Below, piece by piece: positions 14,602 to 21,695 of a DNA stretch of 32,000 nucleotides. Source of the stretch: Geotalea uraniireducens Rf4 (GTDB taxonomy: Bacteria > Desulfobacterota > Desulfuromonadia > Geobacterales > Geobacteraceae). Position 1 is the stretch's first letter; the number at the start of each line of letters is the position of its first letter. The stretch is taken from contig NC_009483.1 in the NCBI RefSeq assembly GCF_000016745.1, positions 1,590,001-1,622,000 of the forward strand. The letters run 5' to 3'. The position numbers and the translations under genes were made by a program. The notes below the pieces were generated by a model. The model was not told where the DNA came from. It worked only from the letters and a program-made list of their open reading frames with translations, and ran no database searches.

Positions 14602-14700
14602 AATCAAGGCGCTATCTTCGTTGGCTCGTCTTCGGCTCCTCAACGTACTATCTGTACGCCTTCATCACCTCACTCCTCGCCGCCTTGATTTCATCCTTGA
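14602..14700. repeat. Structured intergenic element (family shared with 17831..17962)
   Basis: The perfect 10-bp inverted repeat AATCAAGGCG (14602-14611) / CGCCTTGATT (14681-14690) encloses the hairpin CGTAC-tatct-GTACG. The blocks ATCTTCG, TTCGGC, CGTAC..TGTACGCC and CCTTGATTT recur in the same order at 17831-17962. Confidence 0.45.
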
Positions 14701-14738
14701 TTTGAAATTGAAATTACTCCCTATTTGCAGGATACTCT

Positions 14739-14752
14739 TTGACCTTGGTCAA
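14739..14752. promoter_or_regulatory. Perfect CRP/FNR-type palindrome TTGAC-N4-GTCAA
   Basis: TTGACCTTGGTCAA. Its centre is 65 nt upstream of the methyltransferase ATG (14811) and about 200 nt upstream of the predicted hcp promoter. Confidence 0.4.
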
Positions 14753-14810
14753 GTTTTGGCGGAAAATGTAATGATGCGGTATTGACGGAGAAATCGGCAA
14801 GGGGTAGGGT

Positions 14811-15380
14811 ATGGGTGACGAGCGGCTCAAATGGGATGAACGTTATAGCGGTGAGGAATACCTGCTGGGAGTTGAGCCATCGAGCTTTCTGACGGAGAAG
14901 ATCGGTTTGATCAAATCTCTCTGCCCGGGGAGGCGGGCGCTTGATATTGCCTGCGGTGAAGGGAGGAACAGCATTTTTCTGGCGCAGGCCGGTTTTGCGG
15001 TTACGGGCCTGGATATTTCCCGGAAAGGGCTCGACAAAGCCATAAGACGTATGAACGAAGAGGGTGTGCAGGTTGATTTTCAGCTAGCAGACCTTGAGTC
15101 CTATGAGTTTTTCGAGACATATGACCTGATCATCAACTTCAACTTTCTGCTCCGCGAACTGATCCCGAAGCTGGTTTTCGCCCTCAATCCAGGAGGGGTA
15201 ATCGTATTCGATACGATCCTCGATGCCCCCACGCTTCAAGGGATGCACAACAGGAGATTCTTATTGCTGCCTGGCGAGTTGAGGGCGATTTTTGAAGGGT
15301 TTGCGGGTAAGATCCTATATTATGAAGAAAAGCCTCTGGATATGACTCCAACAGCGAAGTTGATATTTCAAAAAGTATAA
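14811..15380 (+). CDS. Class I SAM-dependent methyltransferase (TehB/TPMT-like)
   Basis: Motif I is ALDIACGEGRNSIFLAQAG. The acidic loop is GLDIS. Motif II-III is YDLIINFNFL and LNPGGVIVF. Confidence 0.85.
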   Translation: MGDERLKWDERYSGEEYLLGVEPSSFLTEKIGLIKSLCPGRRALDIACGEGRNSIFLAQAGFAVTGLDISRKGLDKAIRRMNEEGVQVDFQLADLESYEFFETYDLIINFNFLLRELIPKLVFALNPGGVIVFDTILDAPTLQGMHNRRFLLLPGELRAIFEGFAGKILYYEEKPLDMTPTAKLIFQKV

Positions 15381-15406
15381 TGCCAAAGCGCCATTTTCAA
15401 TCCGGT

Positions 15407-16114
15407 TTACTTTTCACCTACGTAGACGGTGGCAATACCTCCGGTGAGGTCGAAATGTTTCAGGTTCTTGAAGCCGACACCGGCCATGATGGCCTTGAAC
15501 TCTTCCTGGGAAGGGAATTCCATGACCGAGTCCGGGAGATACTTGTAGGCGCTGAACTGGGAGAAAAGACCGCCGATTACCGGCAGGACCTTGAGGAAAT
15601 AGAAATGGTAGAGTGCCTTGAACAGTGTTAAGCGCGGGGTGGAGAATTCCAGGATTACCGCCCGGCCGTCCGCTTTCAGGATCCTGTGCATTTCCTTCAG
15701 CCCCTGCGCCCTGTCCACCACATTTCTGATGCCGAAGGCTATGGTGACGGAATCGAAGCTGCCGTCGGCAAAGGGGATGGCTTCGCAAGGGGCTACCTGC
15801 ATGGATATGCGGGCAGCAAAAGGGGAGCAGTTTACCTTCTCTTTTCCCAGTTCCACCATCTCTTTACTGAAATCGACGCCGACAATGCTGATCGATGCCG
15901 GCGTCTGGGCTGCAATTTCCAGCGCCACGTCACCGGTTCCGGTGGCGACGTCCAGAATACGCCCACCTTCAGCATAGCGTATCTGCTTTACTGCGAATCG
16001 CCGCCACTTGCGGTCGATGCCGAAACTGAGCAGCCTGTTGAGGAAGTCGTAGCGGGGGGCGATGGTATCGAACATCTCCTGAATCTTCTCACCCTTTTCC
16101 GTAAGCTTGAACAT
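15407..16114 (-). CDS. ubiE: Demethylmenaquinone / ubiquinone-precursor C-methyltransferase
   Basis: MFDTIAPRYDFLNRLLSFGIDRKWRR is the UbiE/MenG signature. The SAM motif is LDVATGTGD. 235 aa. Confidence 0.9.
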   Translation of the reverse strand: MFKLTEKGEKIQEMFDTIAPRYDFLNRLLSFGIDRKWRRFAVKQIRYAEGGRILDVATGTGDVALEIAAQTPASISIVGVDFSKEMVELGKEKVNCSPFAARISMQVAPCEAIPFADGSFDSVTIAFGIRNVVDRAQGLKEMHRILKADGRAVILEFSTPRLTLFKALYHFYFLKVLPVIGGLFSQFSAYKYLPDSVMEFPSQEEFKAIMAGVGFKNLKHFDLTGGIATVYVGEK

Positions 16115-16296
16115 TTTTCCTACCCTTTTTGCCTCAAAAGTGTTATAAATTCAGGGTTTTTTCTGTATCAACCGATGGATAAACAAGGAAACAATTTTTA
16201 GCATAAACCTGCCGGGCATGCCAGCAAAATATTAATCTGGTCGGCTCCGGACAATATAACTCGTAGAGGTTGGGCGGTTTTGAAATCATTGGTTAA

Positions 16297-16360
16297 GGGC
16301 CTGTCAAAGATGGCCCGAAGATGAGATGCAAGAATGTAACAGTTATTTCTTGACAGGCCC
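16297..16360 (+). promoter_or_regulatory. 11-bp perfect inverted repeat just upstream of the cdaA SD
   Basis: GGGCCTGTCAA (16297-16307) and TTGACAGGCCC (16350-16360) are separated by 42 nt. The 3' arm ends 2 nt before the GAGAGG SD. Confidence 0.35.
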
Positions 16361-16375
16361 TGAGAGGTAAGCAGC

Positions 16376-17788
16376 TTGTTCCCCTATTTTCGTCCACAGG
16401 ACATCGCCGATATACTCATTATGAGTTTTCTTGTTTACCAGCTTTACAGCTGGTTCAAGAATACGAGGGCGCTCCAGGTCGTGATCGGACTTGGTTTTCT
16501 CGGGCTCCTCTATGTGATCACGAAAAATCTCGGCCTGTTCATGACCAGCTGGATACTCCAGGAACTGGGAACGGTCCTGTTCATCCTGCTGATCGTTATC
16601 TTTCAGGCTGAGATCCGGCAGGCGCTATATCGGTTCAGCCTCCTCAGAAATCTTTTCGGCCGCCAAGGGAGCGCCTCGCAGCTTGACCTGATGGATTTCT
16701 CTTCTACCATCTTTACCCTGGCCCAGGAGAAAACCGGCGCCCTTATCGTTTTTCAGCGGAAAGAAGCGCTTGACGATTATCTCCTCCACGGGGTTCAACT
16801 GGACAGTCTCCCCAGCAGTCAGCTTCTTATGAGCATCTTTAACGACGGAACGCCTCTTCATGACGGGGCCGTCCTGATAAGGGACGGTCGCGTTGCTCTC
16901 GCTTCCTGTCATCTCCCACTCTCTACCAGCAGCGATATTCCCCAATATTATGGGACCAGGCACAGGGCCGGGCTCGGGATATCGGAGCGTTCCGATGCAG
17001 CCGTGGTGATAGTCTCGGAGGAGCGAGGCGATGTGTCCCTGGCGCTTGCCGGAGAGTTGCACAAGATTAAATCACCGGAACAACTCCATGAATGGCTCCA
17101 TTCGCTCTTGGCGCCACCGTCGCAGGAGGCGAGCAAGATCAGCATAAAGAGCAGGCTGTTCAGTAATCTCTGGCCCAAGCTGGCGACCCTGATGCTTGTT
17201 CTTGTCTGCTGGATGTTGATAACCGCCCGTCAGGGGGGGATTCTTACCGTCACAGCTCCGATTAAGTTCCATAACCTTCCCGACAATTTGGCGCTGACAA
17301 AAAGTTCTCCGGAAGAAGTCGAGGTCCAGTTGAAGGTTTTTTCCAATCTCGTCCCATCGCCAAAGCAGATGGATATCGTGGCCGATCTTGACCTGTCCAA
17401 GGTTAAGGAGGGTGTAAACAACCTGGCCATACGCAATGACGACTTCAAGTTGCCGCCGGGGGTGGTTATTGCCGGGCTTAACCGTTCTGTGGCGAAAGTG
17501 ATAATTGATAAAAAGGTTCGTAAGCAGCTTGTCGTCAAGGTAAAGACGGTGGGACGGCTCCCCGGCGGGCTGCGGCTCCGTTCGTTAAAGGCTGATCCGT
17601 CGACGGTAATGGTGGAAGGCGCAGCGCATATCCTTGACCAGTTGGAGTTGTTGCAGACAGAAGATGTTGACCTGTCAACGGTGCGGCAAAGCACTGTAGT
17701 GGAGCGGCGGGTCTTATCGCCGGCGCCGCAGGTAAGGGTACTTTGGGATGAGCCGGTTAAGGTCCGACTGGTCACTGCTGGTCGCTAA
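16376..17788 (+). CDS. cdaA: Diadenylate cyclase CdaA fused to a YbbR (CdaR)-like domain region
   Basis: Three N-terminal TM helices. The DAC domain carries TPLHDGAVLI (DGA) and YGTRHRAG (RHR). A further TM helix and YbbR-like beta repeats (V.V.G....L......T..VDLS) follow. The start is TTG with an upstream GAGAGG. Confidence 0.85.
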   Translation: MFPYFRPQDIADILIMSFLVYQLYSWFKNTRALQVVIGLGFLGLLYVITKNLGLFMTSWILQELGTVLFILLIVIFQAEIRQALYRFSLLRNLFGRQGSASQLDLMDFSSTIFTLAQEKTGALIVFQRKEALDDYLLHGVQLDSLPSSQLLMSIFNDGTPLHDGAVLIRDGRVALASCHLPLSTSSDIPQYYGTRHRAGLGISERSDAAVVIVSEERGDVSLALAGELHKIKSPEQLHEWLHSLLAPPSQEASKISIKSRLFSNLWPKLATLMLVLVCWMLITARQGGILTVTAPIKFHNLPDNLALTKSSPEEVEVQLKVFSNLVPSPKQMDIVADLDLSKVKEGVNNLAIRNDDFKLPPGVVIAGLNRSVAKVIIDKKVRKQLVVKVKTVGRLPGGLRLRSLKADPSTVMVEGAAHILDQLELLQTEDVDLSTVRQSTVVERRVLSPAPQVRVLWDEPVKVRLVTAGR

Positions 17789-17830
17789 CCAGTTTCTGTC
17801 CGGAAAGGGTGCTTTTTCGCCCTGGCTGTG

Positions 17831-17962
17831 TCAATCTTCGGGCTTGCTTGTGATTTCGGCCTTTGGCCTCACCCTTCGGGCGCCTTCGCGGTCCAATTTT
17901 GCATGCAAAATTGTGCGGCGTACCTATGTACGCCTCCGCGCAACCCCTTGATTTTCTTGCCA
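17831..17962. repeat. Structured intergenic element containing a 20-nt perfect palindrome
   Basis: CAATTTTGCATGCAAAATTG at 17894-17913. GGCGTAC-ctat-GTACGCC hairpin at 17917-17934. It shares sequence blocks with 14602-14700. Confidence 0.45.
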
Positions 17963-18137
17963 GGACAAAAAATTCTTGCTTTCCGAATCAGCAGCCAATG
18001 GCTTCTCATCAGGGGTTTCCGGATGGAAACTATCTAGTGTCTTTACTGATGCGATTTCCCGGGGGGTTGACAAAACTATCTTTTTGTTATACAAATAACA
18101 AACTTTTTAATTTATTATAGAACAATGAGGGGGGGAC

Positions 18138-19178
18138 ATGGCTAATAACATTAGGGTTTTACTATTCTGCGTTATCGTTCTCTCCTTTCCTTCGCTTGTT
18201 CTTGCTGCAAAAACCCACAAAGTAAAAAAGAATGAAACAATTTTTTCCCTCGCCCAAAAATATCACGTCACCGTTGAAGAACTCAAATCGACTAACAACC
18301 TGGTAAGTAATCACATAAAACCGAAAGAAGTGCTGATTATCCCACCGAGATCGGTTGCGAACGGTTCAGGAGAGCATGAGTCGGGCGGAAGAACCAAGGT
18401 TGCCACATATAAGGTTAAAAAGAGTGAAACACTGTCACGTATTGCGAGAAAGACGGGTGTTTCTGTCCGCGAACTGAAGCGCCTCAACAACCTGACCAAT
18501 AAGCGGGTAAAAGCCGGTAAGATACTTGTACTACGTGAAGAAAGCGCTGCCGAAGAGCCGCCGCAGCGGAGTGCGAAGAAGCTTCAGTTGCGCCATGGCG
18601 ATCTTTTTAACGAAAAGGATTATGAGCAGAGTCTGTCGGAACTTGCCGAACTGGACCCGGACCAGCAGGTTGACCTGAAAAAAAATACCGTGCTCAAGCT
18701 GGACAGCATCCAGGAATTGAAAAAATCAGCCTATGGTTTTCTCGGCACACGTTACAGGTTTGGCGGCAGTTCAAAAAACGGCATCGACTGTTCCAGTTTT
18801 GTCCAGAAGGTTTTCAGCGAACTGGAAGTGTCTCTTCCCAGGACTGCCCGGGAACAGTACGGCATTGGGACTGAAGTGGCACCCGGCGATCTGCAGAAGG
18901 GCGACCTGATTTTCTTCCGCACCTATGCTTCCTATCCCTCCCATGTCGGCATTTATCTTGGTAACAATAAGATGATCCATGCTTCTTCACGGGATCGGCG
19001 TGTGGTGATTTCGCCGATGAACACCGATTATTACCGTTCTCGCTTTATCGGCGCCAAGCGGATCGCCAAGATCAATCCGGAAGTATTCAAATTTGATGAT
19101 CTCATTCTCGGTGTCGAAGAAGAGTCGGTTGACGATGCGATTTCAAACGATTCCCTGGGGCTGACTCAGGTAAAATAA
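18138..19178 (+). CDS. Secreted LysM-LysM-NlpC/P60 peptidoglycan endopeptidase
   Basis: Signal peptide. Two LysM repeats (HKVKKNETIFSLAQKYHVTVEELKSTNNL and YKVKKSETLSRIARKTGVSVRELKRLNNL). The NlpC/P60 catalytic residues are the Cys in GIDCSSFVQ and the His in SHVGIYLG...MIHAS. Confidence 0.9.
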   Translation: MANNIRVLLFCVIVLSFPSLVLAAKTHKVKKNETIFSLAQKYHVTVEELKSTNNLVSNHIKPKEVLIIPPRSVANGSGEHESGGRTKVATYKVKKSETLSRIARKTGVSVRELKRLNNLTNKRVKAGKILVLREESAAEEPPQRSAKKLQLRHGDLFNEKDYEQSLSELAELDPDQQVDLKKNTVLKLDSIQELKKSAYGFLGTRYRFGGSSKNGIDCSSFVQKVFSELEVSLPRTAREQYGIGTEVAPGDLQKGDLIFFRTYASYPSHVGIYLGNNKMIHASSRDRRVVISPMNTDYYRSRFIGAKRIAKINPEVFKFDDLILGVEEESVDDAISNDSLGLTQVK

Positions 19179-19203
19179 ACTGTAAATCATAGCTGCATAA
19201 AAA

Positions 19204-19229
19204 ATCCGGTCACTGACCGGATTTTTTTT
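19204..19229 (+). terminator. Rho-independent terminator
   Basis: ATCCGGTCA-c-TGACCGGAT followed by T8, with A-rich sequence upstream (bidirectional shape). Confidence 0.85.
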
Positions 19230-19265
19230 ATGGAAGGGAAGCAAGAATTTCGAAGGAATTTGCCA

Positions 19266-20936
19266 ATGCAGGTACTGCTTGCCTATAAATCTAATATCCG
19301 CGGTGCAAAAGATCCTTACACGTCCCTTCTTCCCATTGGCCTGGGATATATCAATGCGGTTCTCCGCAAAGAAGGCTACCCGACTCAGCTTGCCAACTTT
19401 TCCCAAACGAGCTGGAAGGAGATAGAATCTCACCTCGCGACCTTGCAGCCTGAAGTTCTCGGCATTTCCCAATTGACCCACAATCGGTTTGAATCACTCA
19501 AGCTGGCCGAACTCGCCAAAAAAATAAATCCAGCCACCATCGTCGTTTTTGGCGGTCCCCACGCTACCCACCAGTTTCAAGAGATTCTTGCCCGGCAGAC
19601 CGAGGTGGATGTCGTGGTTATGGGGGAAGGGGAGGATACCTTTCTCGATCTGATGAATACCGTCAGTAGAAAAGGCACATCATCCCTCGGCGAGGTGAAG
19701 GGCATCGCCTTTCGCAAAGACGGCGTCGTTGTCTCTACCGCTCCCCGGCCACCCATTGCCGACCTCAATTCGATCCCGTTTCCCGCCGGATATTTCGACG
19801 GAGGCATAGGTGTCGATATCCACCGTCAGCTCGAATTTATCGTCACTTCGAGAGGGTGCCCGGCGGTGTGTGTGTTCTGCTCGTCGCCGTTGTTTTGGGG
19901 GCGATCCCTCAGGTTACGCTCTCCGAGGGCTGTGGTTGACGAAATCAGGATGATCCGGGATCGCTATGGCCTCATCTACTTTTCCATCCGTGACGATACC
20001 TTCACTGTCGATAAGGGCAGGGTCATGGAGTTTTGCCGGCTTCTGCAGGAAGAAAAGGTCCACATCCTCTGGAACTGTCAATCCCGCGTGAATGCTGTTG
20101 ATGAGGAGATGTTGCTGGTCATGAAGCGGTCCGGCTGCGAATGCATCCAGTTTGGCGTGGAATCCGGTTCGCCGCGGGTACTCAAGGCGCTCGGCAAGCG
20201 AATCACCACGGAGGAGGTCAGGCGGGCTGCCGCTGCCGTCCGGCTGGCGGGAATACATCTCTCCATTTATCTGATTACCGGGGTTGCCGATGAGACGGAT
20301 GAGGACCTGAAGGCTTCCATCCGACTGATAGAGTCTATCCGGCCCCATGACGGCCAGGTTTCGCCACTGGCGTATTATCCCGGCACTGCACTGTTTGCCG
20401 GGGGAGTAAGGTCGGGGAGGATCGGCCGGGACATTTTCCTGAAAGACCGACGGGAGGCTTTTTATGTGCGAGAAGACCCATTTGTTGCGTCCTCGACAAA
20501 AACCCTGCTGAAGACGCTGAACAGGGTTGCGGAGGTCAATCGCTTTACCGCTGCCGATTATCGCGCCCAGAAGAAGCAGCTTGGTTACTGCCATACGACC
20601 AATATGATGGCTGGGGAAATGTATGAGGAAAAAGGAGACTGGGTGCTGGCGGAGAGGGAATATCGGGAGATTACCGAAAATGAACCGGAAAACCCTTGGG
20701 GATGGTTGCTTCTCGGTGGGCTCTATGGCAGGGTGGAAGAGTGGGAACGTGGTCGTCGGGCGTTCAATCGGGTACTCCGGCTTGTGCCGGCCCATGTGCC
20801 TGCCTACTCTGCGCTTGGGGAGCTGAACATGTTTGCCGGGAACAGCTCGGAGGCGATACGTAATTTTCAGCGGGCTCTTTCCATGAATCCGTTCGACAAG
20901 GCGGCACAGGATGGTCTAGGAGCCTGTCGGACTTAG
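19266..20936 (+). CDS. B12-binding-domain radical SAM protein with C-terminal TPR repeats
   Basis: N-terminal cobalamin-binding-like domain. The radical SAM cluster motif is GCPAVCVFC (CxxxCxxC). The C-terminal TPR-like repeats are AEREYREI..., WERGRRAFNRVLRL.P, AIRNFQRALSMNP. ATG 19230 lies within the terminator T-run, so ATG 19266 is preferred. Confidence 0.85.
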   Translation: MQVLLAYKSNIRGAKDPYTSLLPIGLGYINAVLRKEGYPTQLANFSQTSWKEIESHLATLQPEVLGISQLTHNRFESLKLAELAKKINPATIVVFGGPHATHQFQEILARQTEVDVVVMGEGEDTFLDLMNTVSRKGTSSLGEVKGIAFRKDGVVVSTAPRPPIADLNSIPFPAGYFDGGIGVDIHRQLEFIVTSRGCPAVCVFCSSPLFWGRSLRLRSPRAVVDEIRMIRDRYGLIYFSIRDDTFTVDKGRVMEFCRLLQEEKVHILWNCQSRVNAVDEEMLLVMKRSGCECIQFGVESGSPRVLKALGKRITTEEVRRAAAAVRLAGIHLSIYLITGVADETDEDLKASIRLIESIRPHDGQVSPLAYYPGTALFAGGVRSGRIGRDIFLKDRREAFYVREDPFVASSTKTLLKTLNRVAEVNRFTAADYRAQKKQLGYCHTTNMMAGEMYEEKGDWVLAEREYREITENEPENPWGWLLLGGLYGRVEEWERGRRAFNRVLRLVPAHVPAYSALGELNMFAGNSSEAIRNFQRALSMNPFDKAAQDGLGACRT

Positions 20937-21085
20937 GAATGAATCTACTGCGAGAACGGCAAATCGGTCCATATTCCCGGAAATTTTCGACGAATAGGTC
21001 CACTATTAGCTCTCAAATTTCCGTAAATCTGTCCTCGATTTTCCATCCTCTCGCTACGATTCCCTAAGTCCGACAGACTCCTAGG
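20916..21085. repeat. ~170-nt imperfect palindromic element (MITE-like or long hairpin)
   Basis: The terminal arm CTAGGAGCCTGTCGGACTTAGGAAT (20916-) pairs with ATTCCCTAAGTCCGACAGACTCCTAG (-21085) at about 25 of 27 positions. The interior halves are also partly complementary (GCGAGA, AAATCG and CGGAAATTT blocks). Confidence 0.6.
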
Positions 21086-21096
21086 GGAACTTGGCG

Positions 21097-21130
21097 AATA
21101 AATAAAGGCGAAACCTTTGCAGGTTTCGCC
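21097..21130 (-). terminator. Terminator downstream of the 21160..21579 lipoprotein gene
   Basis: GGCGAAACCT-ttgc-AGGTTTCGCC. On the minus strand it is followed by TTTATTTATT. Confidence 0.7.
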
Positions 21131-21159
21131 TCGTAGATTAAAACAGGATGAAAAGATGC

Positions 21160-21579
21160 TTATTTGCCGGCAGTTCTCAAGCCAGGGGCAAAAATGATCT
21201 TATCAAAGGTGCGCTTCAGAGTCTTGCTCTGGAAGTTCACCATCGGTGGTGAGTCAGGGAACTCGACAGTCTCGCCGACTTTTACCTTGGTCTGCATAAC
21301 GGCTACCCACAGTTTCTGGCCGTTTTCTTCCACTTCAACATAGGTATATCCACCGGAATCCATGGTCTGCAGAACTTTTCCCTTATGACCTGATCCAGCA
21401 GGAATCTCCTGCGGTTTCAGACCGGCATGGGGATCGCCACCCGGAGTTGCGCCAGCAGGCATCTGCTGAGCGGGTGCACCGGCTTCTGGTGCCATTCCTT
21501 TGGGAGCTTCTTCTTTTTTCTTGCAACCGGTAGCTGCAAGAGCAACGATTGCCAACATAACTACTAATGTCTTCTTCAC
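21160..21579 (-). CDS. Lipoprotein of unknown function
   Basis: GTG start with GGAGGATAACG upstream. The lipobox is LAATGC. A Pro/Ala/Gly-rich linker is followed by GYTYVEVEENGQKLWVAV..KVKVGETVEF. Confidence 0.7.
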   Translation of the reverse strand: MKKTLVVMLAIVALAATGCKKKEEAPKGMAPEAGAPAQQMPAGATPGGDPHAGLKPQEIPAGSGHKGKVLQTMDSGGYTYVEVEENGQKLWVAVMQTKVKVGETVEFPDSPPMVNFQSKTLKRTFDKIIFAPGLRTAGK

Positions 21580-21695
21580 CGTTATCCTCCTGTTGGATAT
21601 TATTAAGCGCTGGTTAAAATAGCACACCTTTAAATTATTTGACAATAAAAAAGTATGGGCTATTCACTCGTTTTATTGAAAGAATTTAAGACGGC

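Noticed and set aside
19914-20795. 293-aa minus-strand ORF
   Set aside because: It is antisense to the radical SAM/TPR gene, which has the CxxxCxxC motif in frame. I recognise no motifs in the antisense product.
20946-21057. GEMM-type cyclic-dinucleotide riboswitch in the structured intergenic elements (also 14602-14700 and 17831-17962)
   Set aside because: The elements lack the conserved GEMM-I features I remember (a GNRA tetraloop with its receptor, GGCAAACC and ACGCAAAGC-type blocks). They also sit at 3' ends of genes rather than in 5' UTRs.
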